Part shown: piece by piece, positions 56,799-64,000 of the stretch
How positions within the stretch are numbered: position 1 is the first letter of the stretch
Layout: each line of letters opens with the position of its first letter
Origin: an uncultured Candidatus Saccharibacteria bacterium
GTDB taxonomy: Bacteria > Patescibacteriota > Minisyncoccia > Phycocordibacterales > Zambryskibacteraceae
Assembly (NCBI GenBank): GCA_964349945.1
Contig: CAYGIH010000001.1
Coordinates: 105,306 to 169,305 of the forward strand
DNA length: 64,000 nt
Reading direction: 5' to 3'
Translations under genes and position numbers: made by a program
The notes under the pieces: model-generated
Told to the model about the DNA's origin: nothing
The model's database searches: none
Seen by the model: the letters and a program-made list of their open reading frames with translations, nothing else

Positions 56799-57056
56799 AT
56801 GAAGATTATGGTGAGAGCCAGAGCAGGAGCAAAATTTGAAAAGATAGAGCGAGTAGATCAACCAAGCTTAAATTTTGATAATGAGAAGTTAAGTATGCCA
56901 ATCTATAAAGTGTGGGTACGAGAACCGGCTGTAGATGGGAAAGCTAATAAAGCTATTATAAATGTTCTCTCAGATCATTTCGGAGTTGCTCCATCACTAG
57001 TGATACTTGTCTCTGGACAAATTGCCAAACAAAAAATTTTTGAAGTAGATTTATAG
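56799..57056 (+). CDS. DUF167 (YggU-family) protein
   Basis: …VWVREPAVDGKANKAIINVLSDHFGVAPSLVILVSGQIAKQKIFEV… matches the YggU pattern. Confidence 0.65.
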   Translation: MKIMVRARAGAKFEKIERVDQPSLNFDNEKLSMPIYKVWVREPAVDGKANKAIINVLSDHFGVAPSLVILVSGQIAKQKIFEVDL

Positions 57057-57070
57057 TGTAGAATAACTTT

Positions 57071-57778
57071 ATGGAACTTATATTTATTGATACAGAAACA
57101 ACTGGAATAGATGTGGCTACGGATAGATTGGTGCAAGTTTGCTATAGAGATGCAAATGGTATTCATACAGAATATTTCAAACCACCAATTCCTATGACGG
57201 TGAAGTCTATGAGTATTACTCACATCACAGATGCGATGCTTGTAGACAAGCCGACATTTGCAGATAGTCAGATGAAAAAGGATTTAACTTTTCTTTTGTC
57301 TTCAGGAATTTTTGTGGCCCATAATGCCAAGTTTGATATGGCGATTCTTGAGAAAGAGGGAGTAAAGACGGGCCAATATATTTGTACACTACGAGTGGCC
57401 AAGAATTTGGATAAGGAAGGGGAGATACCAGAATATAATTTGCAATATTTGCGCTATCACTTTGGATTAAATGTCGAAGGGAATCCTCATGATGCAGAAG
57501 GAGATGTGAATGTTTTGGTTGCTTTATTTAATAAACAGCTAGAAGAAGTGATGAAGACTATCCCAAATAGGGAAGAGGCTATTAAAAAAATGATTGAAAT
57601 ATCTAGTACGCCCTCACTTTATAAAATATTCAATTTTGGGAAGCATAAAGAGGAAAAAATCGCTGATGTGGCTGTATCCGATAGAGGCTACCTCGAATGG
57701 CTTTTAAATCAAAAGCTTATTTCTGGAGAGGAAGACGAAGATTGGATATATACTCTCAAATATTATCTGGGTAAATAA
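57071..57778 (+). CDS. DEDD-family 3'-5' exonuclease (DnaQ/epsilon-like)
   Basis: Exo I FIDTETTG, Exo II VAHNAKFDMAIL, Exo III-like HDAEGD. 235 aa. Confidence 0.8.
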   Translation: MELIFIDTETTGIDVATDRLVQVCYRDANGIHTEYFKPPIPMTVKSMSITHITDAMLVDKPTFADSQMKKDLTFLLSSGIFVAHNAKFDMAILEKEGVKTGQYICTLRVAKNLDKEGEIPEYNLQYLRYHFGLNVEGNPHDAEGDVNVLVALFNKQLEEVMKTIPNREEAIKKMIEISSTPSLYKIFNFGKHKEEKIADVAVSDRGYLEWLLNQKLISGEEDEDWIYTLKYYLGK

Positions 57779-57904
57779 AGGCTAATTATAGCCATGTAAC
57801 ATACTTGACTTTATGTCTAGTATATGCTAGTCTAAGGGATAGAAGTAACGAGGCTAGAAAACCTCGGCTAGCCAAGTAATTGGTTTAGTGCGGTCTTTCA
57901 CATC

Positions 57905-58156
57905 ATGGAGGGAAAGATGATTTGGAGAATCTTGCTGGAAGTTGCCGTCTTTGTCTTCGTACCACTTTTTGTGGTGACGCAGATGATTGCTCCGGCTTGG
58001 AGGGGTCGACCGATGTTTCCGCTTTTCAGGAAGAAGCCGGTCGTTCTCGACAGACTCGATGCTGCCAAGAGCAGTATTGCGGACGCTGAGCTTGATCTCA
58101 GAGTTCGTGCGGTTGAGCGAGAGGCTGAGAAAATTCGCAAAAAGGCAAGCAGCTAA
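57905..58156 (+). CDS. small membrane protein (elevated-GC gene), possibly NfeD-like partner of the downstream SPFH protein
   Basis: Transmembrane segment plus coiled-coil tail. Same strand as the SPFH gene and directly upstream. High GC. Confidence 0.35.
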   Translation: MEGKMIWRILLEVAVFVFVPLFVVTQMIAPAWRGRPMFPLFRKKPVVLDRLDAAKSSIADAELDLRVRAVEREAEKIRKKASS

Positions 58157-58224
58157 CACCCGCAATGCAGTAATGTTGACTCACGAATCAAAAAATCCAC
58201 GCAATAACCTAGGGGAGGTACCAC

Positions 58225-59499
58225 ATGGATCGTTACGAAGATATTCGCTCCGGAATTGGCTCTGATTGGAGCGTTCGCAAAATCATCATCACGGTGGTGT
58301 CGGTTTTCGGCGCTATCGTTTTGATGGTTTTCGGCAGCAAGATGTTCGAGAACAATGGTGGCAGTGAGATCATGGTTGTGCAAGCGCCGTTTTCCGGCAA
58401 GTTCACCGTCTACAAGACAGCCGGCATGAAGTGGCAAGGGGGTGGAAGTGTTACGACCTACAAACTGCGTGAGCAGTTTTGGTTCTCTTCCGACCCCAAG
58501 CATGGAAGTGAAAAGGACGAGTCGATTGCGATTCGTTTCAATGACAACGGCACCGGACGGCTTTCTGGCTCAATCGCTTGGGAGATGCCTCTGTCGGACA
58601 GCCTTATCGTCCAGCTTCACAGGAAGTATCATGGTGAAGAGGCCATTCAGCGTCAGCTCATCAGTACTGTGGTTGGCAAGTCAGTCTTTTTGACCGGCCC
58701 GCTGATGTCTTCAACGGAGTCCAACTCCACGAAGCGCAACGATCTGCTGTCGCTGGTTAGCGATCAGGTCAATCACGGGGTCTACAAGACCGAAAGTCGA
58801 GATGAACACGTCAAGGATCCGATGACCGGCATCGATAAGACGGTGCGTGTCGTGAATCTGATTCCGAGCACGAAGGTGTCTGATCACGGGTTCGCTCGAC
58901 AGGAGAATTCTCCACTCGACGAATTCGGCATCCGTGCCTTCAATCTCTCTATCGACCAGATCCACTACGATCCGGACGTGGAGAAGCAGATCAAGGCTCA
59001 GCAGGAAGCGATCATGCAGGTTCAGACAGCCGTTGCACAGGCAAAGACTGCTGAACAGGCAGCGATCACGGCCGAGAAGAATGGTCAGGCTGAAGCAGCC
59101 AAGGCCAAGTGGGCCCAGGAAGTCATCAAGGCCAAGGAGGTCACGACTGCCGAACAGCGGAAGGAGGTAGCAAGGCTTGATGCTGATGCTGCCGAGTTCC
59201 GCAAGCTCGCGAACATTCGCGATGGTGAAGGTGAAGGACGAAAGCGGCAACTCATCATGGGTGCCGACGGCGCACTTGGCCAAAAGCTCGAGGCATGGGT
59301 GAAGGTGCAGGAGAAGTGGGCCGATGCGGTTAAGGGATACCAGGGTAACTGGGTTCCGTCTGTCGTGATGGGTAACGCTGGCAACGGCGTTGCCGGTTCT
59401 GGCGCCAATGGTCTCATCGACATGTTGATGGCTAAGACCGCCAAGGATCTTGCTCTTGACTTCCGTGCTGGTCTTAACGGACCGGTACGCGAAAAGTAA
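58225..59499 (+). CDS. SPFH/band-7 (prohibitin/HflKC-like) domain membrane protein (elevated-GC gene)
   Basis: N-terminal transmembrane segment, SPFH-like core, and a long Ala/Glu/Lys-rich coiled coil (…AQAKTAEQAAITAEKNGQAEAAKAKWAQE…). 424 aa. Confidence 0.6.
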   Translation: MDRYEDIRSGIGSDWSVRKIIITVVSVFGAIVLMVFGSKMFENNGGSEIMVVQAPFSGKFTVYKTAGMKWQGGGSVTTYKLREQFWFSSDPKHGSEKDESIAIRFNDNGTGRLSGSIAWEMPLSDSLIVQLHRKYHGEEAIQRQLISTVVGKSVFLTGPLMSSTESNSTKRNDLLSLVSDQVNHGVYKTESRDEHVKDPMTGIDKTVRVVNLIPSTKVSDHGFARQENSPLDEFGIRAFNLSIDQIHYDPDVEKQIKAQQEAIMQVQTAVAQAKTAEQAAITAEKNGQAEAAKAKWAQEVIKAKEVTTAEQRKEVARLDADAAEFRKLANIRDGEGEGRKRQLIMGADGALGQKLEAWVKVQEKWADAVKGYQGNWVPSVVMGNAGNGVAGSGANGLIDMLMAKTAKDLALDFRAGLNGPVREK

Positions 59500-59522
59500 G
59501 TCTTCTTCATGATGTAATACAA

Positions 59523-59559
59523 GGGCTCAGGTCTATACGACTTGAGCCCGTTTTTTTTA
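59523..59559 (+). terminator. rho-independent terminator
   Basis: gggctca…tgagccc followed by gT8. Confidence 0.8.
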
Positions 59560-59608
59560 TATAAATATTGACAATTTGGGGCTAAATTGCTATAGTAATA
59601 CTAAGATT

Positions 59609-60814
59609 ATGTATCAAAAGAGATCTTTCGGGCGCCCTAGTAGCTCTCGTTCATACAGCCCTCGACCAGTGCATCGTGGCCGACCTCAAAGCAGAGGACG
59701 AGCTCCACAAGGCCAACATCTCGATATCCGAAGCTTCATAAACAAAGCAGTGATCGTCGAAGAAGTCGATCATTTTATACCTGAACACGAATTCAGTGAT
59801 TTTCTCATAGATGAAAAGTTAAAAAAGAATATTGCTACAAAAGGCTATGTTGCTCCTACTTCTATCCAAGACAGAACTATTCCTCATATACTCAAAGGCC
59901 AAGACGTGGTGGGTATAGCGAACACAGGTACAGGTAAAACAGCTGCCTTTCTCATACCTCTTATAAATAAAATGATGAAGGACCCCACACAATCAGTTTT
60001 GATTTTGGTGCCAACTAGGGAATTGGCTACCCAAATTAATGATGAATTAAAAGGTTTTGCACCAGGCACAGGACTTTTCTCTGTTGTTTGTGTAGGTGGT
60101 ACTCAAATGGGTCCTCAACTCCGTGAACTTAAATATAAAAATCATTTCATCATCGGTACTCCAGGGAGACTTAAAGATTTAATAGAGAGACGAGCTTTGG
60201 ACTTATCCAAAACTACTTCAGTAGTTTTAGATGAAGCAGACAGAATGCTTGATATGGGATTCATGCCTGATATGAAATTTATTATGGGTCAGATGCCCAC
60301 AGAGAGACATACCTTATTCTTCTCTGCCACTATGTCCAAAGAGATAGAGAAACTAATACATGAATTCTGTAGAGAACCGGTTTCAATTTCAGTAAAGACC
60401 CAAGACACCTCAAAGAATGTTGATCAAGATATTGTGCGTATGAAAGCGGGGGAGGATAAACTTGTTGCCCTTGAAAATATTCTCAAACACGAGGGTTCAA
60501 ATAAAGTTTTGATTTTTGGACGAACAAAACATGGAGTAGAGAGATTGGCTAAAACTCTTGTGACTCGTGGTTTTCATGCAGACTCTATTCATGGAGATAA
60601 GAGCCAAGGTCAAAGACAACGAGCTTTGGATTCTTTTAAAACAAATAAAATAAAGATTTTAGTGGCGACAGATGTGGCTGCTAGGGGTCTCGACATCCCT
60701 AAAGTTTCTCACGTCATTAACTATGACCTCCCAGCAACATATGAGGATTATATCCATAGGATAGGCCGTACAGGACGTGCAGGGGAGATTGGCAAAGCTC
60801 TAACTTTTGTTTAA
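59609..60814 (+). CDS. DEAD-box ATP-dependent RNA helicase
   Basis: Motifs Q, I (ANTGTGKT), II (DEAD), III (SAT), VI (HRIGRTGRAG). Arg/Ser-rich N-terminus. Confidence 0.85.
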   Translation: MYQKRSFGRPSSSRSYSPRPVHRGRPQSRGRAPQGQHLDIRSFINKAVIVEEVDHFIPEHEFSDFLIDEKLKKNIATKGYVAPTSIQDRTIPHILKGQDVVGIANTGTGKTAAFLIPLINKMMKDPTQSVLILVPTRELATQINDELKGFAPGTGLFSVVCVGGTQMGPQLRELKYKNHFIIGTPGRLKDLIERRALDLSKTTSVVLDEADRMLDMGFMPDMKFIMGQMPTERHTLFFSATMSKEIEKLIHEFCREPVSISVKTQDTSKNVDQDIVRMKAGEDKLVALENILKHEGSNKVLIFGRTKHGVERLAKTLVTRGFHADSIHGDKSQGQRQRALDSFKTNKIKILVATDVAARGLDIPKVSHVINYDLPATYEDYIHRIGRTGRAGEIGKALTFV

Positions 60815-61524
60815 TTAGCTTTTATTGGTTTTGTGTCGTTGGAGAATTGAAGGCTGTTTCGAACCGGGACAGTTTTTATTATTTCCAAAATTTCATCATG
60901 ATTGTCTGTAATGGTGAATAAGTCGATGTCCTCACGTTCAACAGTACCTCGGCTAAGAAGTTCATTTCTGATAAACTTTTCCATACTTAACCAATAATCA
61001 CTACCAACACAAATTATAGGCACTCCTTCAATTTTTCTTGTTTGAATAAGAGTTAATATTTCAAAAAATTCATCTAGTGTTCCAAATCCACCGGGGTAGA
61101 AAATAAATGCTTCAGCGGAGAAAGAGAGCAATACTTTCCTTACAAAGAAATAATAACAATCAAATTCTTTGGTTAGGTATTTATTAATGATTTGTTCGTG
61201 TGGAAGCTTTATCGTGATACCAAGAGATGTCCCACCAGATTCAAAAGCACCTCGACTGGCTGCTTCCATTATCCCTGGACCTCCACCGGTGACTACGGAA
61301 TAATCCAGTTCCTTACTAATACGACCAGCTAGTGTTTGAGCACTTTTATAATATTCGTTTTGTTCAGAAAATTGATTGGAGCCAAAAAAAGTAACGGATT
61401 TTGGATATTTCTCAAGAAACTCAAATCCCCAAATAAATTCTTTGTTGATTTCTGATACTCGTTCTCTTGCTACCTTATGAATTTCTGTTTTGCTTAATGT
61501 GTATACATTTGTGTCTTTGTTCAT
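60811..61524 (-). CDS. LOG-family (TIGR00730) Rossmann-fold nucleotide-binding protein
   Basis: …VVTGGGPGIMEAASRGA…PGGFGTLDEFFEILTLIQ… LOG/YvdD signature. Confidence 0.8.
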   Translation of the reverse strand: MNKDTNVYTLSKTEIHKVARERVSEINKEFIWGFEFLEKYPKSVTFFGSNQFSEQNEYYKSAQTLAGRISKELDYSVVTGGGPGIMEAASRGAFESGGTSLGITIKLPHEQIINKYLTKEFDCYYFFVRKVLLSFSAEAFIFYPGGFGTLDEFFEILTLIQTRKIEGVPIICVGSDYWLSMEKFIRNELLSRGTVEREDIDLFTITDNHDEILEIIKTVPVRNSLQFSNDTKPIKAN

Positions 61525-61589
61525 AGGATTATCTTACCATAGTGGATTGGCCACTTTCCCATAGGGGGTGAGAGATGTATACTTGTTGT

Positions 61590-62045
61590 ATGAAAAAAAT
61601 GAATAGAAATGAGTGGATCGCAGTAGCTGTATCCCTCGCGTTTATTACGTATATGTTTGCAGGAGGATTAATTATGAATTTATTTAACCCACAAACAACC
61701 GTGAATACTCAAACAGGAGTCAAGATTCAAGATTTAGTAATGGGGCAGGGAGCCACAGCCGAAGCTGGAGATAATGTGACTGTGCATTATGTAGGCACAT
61801 TAGAAAGCGGTAAAGTTTTTGACAGCTCTATAGATAGGGGCGCACCATTTACCTTCACACTCGGGGTTGGACAAGTTATTAAAGGTTGGGATGTTGGAGT
61901 GGATGGAATGCAAGTTGGAGGCAAGAGAAAACTTACGATTTCTCCATCGTTTGGTTATGGTGCTCAAACCGTCGGTCCAATTCCTGCGAATTCGACACTC
62001 ATTTTTGAAGTTCAACTTCTTGATGTGAAGAAAGCAGTAAGATAA
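61590..62045 (+). CDS. FKBP-type peptidyl-prolyl cis-trans isomerase (membrane-anchored)
   Basis: …[16 protein letters not shown]…[16 protein letters not shown]…[14 protein letters not shown] signature. N-terminal transmembrane segment. Confidence 0.9.
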   Translation: MKKMNRNEWIAVAVSLAFITYMFAGGLIMNLFNPQTTVNTQTGVKIQDLVMGQGATAEAGDNVTVHYVGTLESGKVFDSSIDRGAPFTFTLGVGQVIKGWDVGVDGMQVGGKRKLTISPSFGYGAQTVGPIPANSTLIFEVQLLDVKKAVR

Positions 62046-62054
62046 CTTAAAGAT

Positions 62055-62693
62055 ATGGAGATAAATATAGACAATCTCCACCACGCATATTTATTCGAAG
62101 GTGACACAGAGACAGGTGTCGCCTTTGTGTTTGAATTGCTTGAAAGGTTAAATATACCAACTGCACAAAACCCAGATCTCCATACATATGGAAATGATTC
62201 GTTTACTATAGAGGAGGCTCGTTCCCTCGCAGATAAGGCCCAAGGCAAGGCATTTGGTCCAAAGAAAATATTCATCATTTCTTCACCAAAATTCTCTCTT
62301 CAAGCTCAAAATGCGTTGCTTAAAACATTTGAAGAGCCATTTGAAAATACTCATTTTTTCATAGTGCTTAGTAGTAGGGAACTGCTCATCCCCACACTCC
62401 TTTCTCGTTTAGAAATTAGAAGATTGAATGAAGAAGTGTTAAACACCGAGTGTTTAACACTTGCGGAAAAATTTTTGGATATGAGTATCAAAGAACGGAT
62501 GAACCTTATAAAGAAATTTGTTGATAATGAAAAACCTCTCTCGCCGTTTCTTGACTCTCTTTTGCTTGAATTAAGAAAGGATAAAAACAGAAGTGACGAA
62601 TTAGAAAAAGTTTTTAATGTTCGCAAGTATTCCGACGATCCAAGTGCCATGAGTCGATTAATTTTGGAGCATTTAGCTCTTGTGCTAAAATAG
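62055..62693 (+). CDS. DNA polymerase III delta' subunit-like (HolB-like, degenerate P-loop)
   Basis: …HAYLFEGDTETG…AQNALLKTFEEPFENTHFFIVLSSRELLIPTLLSRL… (the delta' sensor and Arg-finger region). Confidence 0.6.
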   Translation: MEINIDNLHHAYLFEGDTETGVAFVFELLERLNIPTAQNPDLHTYGNDSFTIEEARSLADKAQGKAFGPKKIFIISSPKFSLQAQNALLKTFEEPFENTHFFIVLSSRELLIPTLLSRLEIRRLNEEVLNTECLTLAEKFLDMSIKERMNLIKKFVDNEKPLSPFLDSLLLELRKDKNRSDELEKVFNVRKYSDDPSAMSRLILEHLALVLK

Positions 62694-62697
62694 TAAT

Positions 62698-63237
62698 ATG
62701 GCTTATAACTTTACGAATTTTAAGACCGCTAGTGAAGCGACTTTGGAGTGGTTAAAAAAGGAATACACCGGTCTTCGTACTGGTCGTTCAACTCCCACAA
62801 TTCTCGACGTTGTTTCCGTAGATGCTTATGGTTCAAAGATGGCTATTAACCAAGTGGCCAACATTACAGTTGAAGATGCGAGGACTCTTAGGATCACTCC
62901 GTGGGATAAGACTGTGACTCAAGCAATAGATTCTGCAATACGAGAATCAAATTTGGGTTTGTCAGTATCTGTGGATGATCAAGGTCTCCGTGTGGCTTTC
63001 CCAGCATTAACAGCAGAACGACGAACAGAGATAATTAAGGTTTCTAAACAAAAGCTAGAAGAATCACGTATTCGTGTTCGAGCAGAGAGACAGAAAGTTT
63101 TGAGTGATTTGGATAAAGGTGAAATGCCAGAAGATGATCAAAATAGAACCAAAACAGAATTACAAAAACTTGTGGATGAGGTAAATAACAAACTAGATGA
63201 ATTAGCAGCTAAGAAAGAAAAGGAAATTAGAGAATAA
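62698..63237 (+). CDS. frr: ribosome recycling factor
   Basis: …LRTGRSTPTILDVVSVDAYGS…LRITPWDKT…ERRTEIIKVSKQKLEESRIRVRAERQ… 179 aa. Confidence 0.9.
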   Translation: MAYNFTNFKTASEATLEWLKKEYTGLRTGRSTPTILDVVSVDAYGSKMAINQVANITVEDARTLRITPWDKTVTQAIDSAIRESNLGLSVSVDDQGLRVAFPALTAERRTEIIKVSKQKLEESRIRVRAERQKVLSDLDKGEMPEDDQNRTKTELQKLVDEVNNKLDELAAKKEKEIRE

Positions 63238-64000
63238 TGACAATTATCTACTTTCTGATTATTTTGAGTGTCCTAGTTTTTGTACATGAACTCGGGCATT
63301 TTCTGGTGGCCAAATATTTCGATATTCGAGTGGATGAATTTGGTTTAGGATATCCTCCTAGAGCCAGAAAATTATTTAGTTGGAGAGGAACTGATTTCAC
63401 TCTAAACTGGTTGCCTTTTGGTGGCTTTGTCAAAATATTTGGAGAAAATCCAAACGAGGAGATAGAAGAGAAAGATGAAAGAGCTTTTTCTTCAAAAAAT
63501 AGAGGTGCCCAAGCGAGTGTATTATTCGCAGGGGTATTTTTTAACTTTCTATTTGCTTGGATTTTGATTTCGATTGGTTTTATGAATGGCATGCCCGCTC
63601 CAGCAGGGATGAATTTACCCATTACTAATCCAAAGACTGTCATCACTGAAATTGTGCCTAATTCTCCTGCAGAAAATGCTGGTTTAAAGTCAGGAGATAT
63701 TATTATTGGGGCCAGCAGAGGAGGGGTTAATGGAGATATTGATCCTTTGAAGCTTTCAGTATTTATTAGTTCTTCAAATGAACCTATAGAAGTTCTTATT
63801 AAAAGAGGAAAAGAAGAATTTTCTAAAACCATAAACACAAGTGAGGCAATAGTATCTGGGAAGCCTGCTATAGGTGTGGCCATGGAAACAGTAGGCAATG
63901 TCTATTTGAGGCTAGACAGAGCTATTTTTGAGGGGTTGAAAGTAACTACAGATTTGACTTGGCTAACTGCAGAGTCCCTAGGATTATTTATTGGTCAAAT
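63237..64000 (+). CDS. rseP: RIP metalloprotease RseP (site-2 protease, M50 family), 3'-partial at the window edge
   Basis: Not in the ORF track because there is no stop before the window end. The translation starts MTIIYFLIILSVLVFVHELGHFLVAKYF… (HExxH). The PDZ segment …ITEIVPNSPAENAGLKSGDIIIGA… is in frame. Overlaps the frr stop (TAATG). Confidence 0.85.
   Translation, partial: MTIIYFLIILSVLVFVHELGHFLVAKYFDIRVDEFGLGYPPRARKLFSWRGTDFTLNWLPFGGFVKIFGENPNEEIEEKDERAFSSKNRGAQASVLFAGVFFNFLFAWILISIGFMNGMPAPAGMNLPITNPKTVITEIVPNSPAENAGLKSGDIIIGASRGGVNGDIDPLKLSVFISSSNEPIEVLIKRGKEEFSKTINTSEAIVSGKPAIGVAMETVGNVYLRLDRAIFEGLKVTTDLTWLTAESLGLFIGQ

Noticed and set aside
58153-59522. Antisense ORFs across the SPFH gene (58153-58503, 58711-59283, 59085-59522) and overlapping + frames (58442-58693, 58934-59170)
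   Set aside because: These come from high-GC chance frames. The SPFH frame has the expected TM plus coiled-coil organisation.
63248-63898. ORF 63248-63898 (minus strand, 216 aa)
   Set aside because: Antisense to an in-frame RseP (M50 protease with HExxH and PDZ) that runs off the window edge. The minus-strand translation has no motifs.
1-64000. CRISPR arrays, integrases, transposases, phage structural genes and rRNA operons
   Set aside because: No regularly spaced short direct repeats, no tyrosine or serine recombinase, no DDE transposase motifs and no rRNA-like sequence were seen. The only repeats are the intragenic 250-bp pair, the tRNA 3'-end duplicates and the 25-bp palindrome.

Overview
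This 64 kb window looks like a small, AT-rich bacterial chromosome with streamlined genes and many divergent housekeeping proteins. The gene content points to a Patescibacteria/CPR-like organism, but this is inference from motifs, not a database search. Background GC is low (about 35-38% by eye). At least seven short patches have clearly higher GC (roughly 50-60%). Some are coding and some are ORF-free.

Housekeeping genes recognised by motif include valS, tsaD, a phosphoketolase plus acetate kinase operon, trxB, ftsZ, ftsA, ybeY, rpsU, lepB, pth, rpsA, gyrA, infB, rbfA, iscS-like, clpB, miaA, parB, relA/spoT, topA, dprA, serS, dus, frr, rseP (partial) and a Cys-less rpmG that is missing from the ORF track. 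Eleven complete tRNAs plus one 5'-truncated tRNA sit in three clusters.

The most unusual feature is a tandem array of six paralogous small proteins (31750-33939). They have Sec signal peptides and two transmembrane segments, and resemble TrbC/VirB2-type pilins. A membrane-anchored solute-binding protein lies upstream and an ABC exporter downstream.

Other notable features:
- An 847-aa surface protein carries two near-identical internal DNA repeats of about 250 bp.
- Two ORF-free, hairpin-dense high-GC blocks (25640-26330 and 55250-55775) are probably structured RNAs of unresolved identity.
- A higher-GC MFS transporter gene is preceded by a promoter, a 36-codon leader ORF and alternative hairpins, which looks like an attenuator.
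- The 3' ends of tRNA-Val and tRNA-Lys are duplicated a short distance downstream.
- A 25-bp palindrome recurs next to terminators.
- All three catalytic residues of an HtrA-like protein are replaced, and a HisRS-like paralog has degenerate motifs.

No CRISPR array, integrase, transposase or rRNA was seen.
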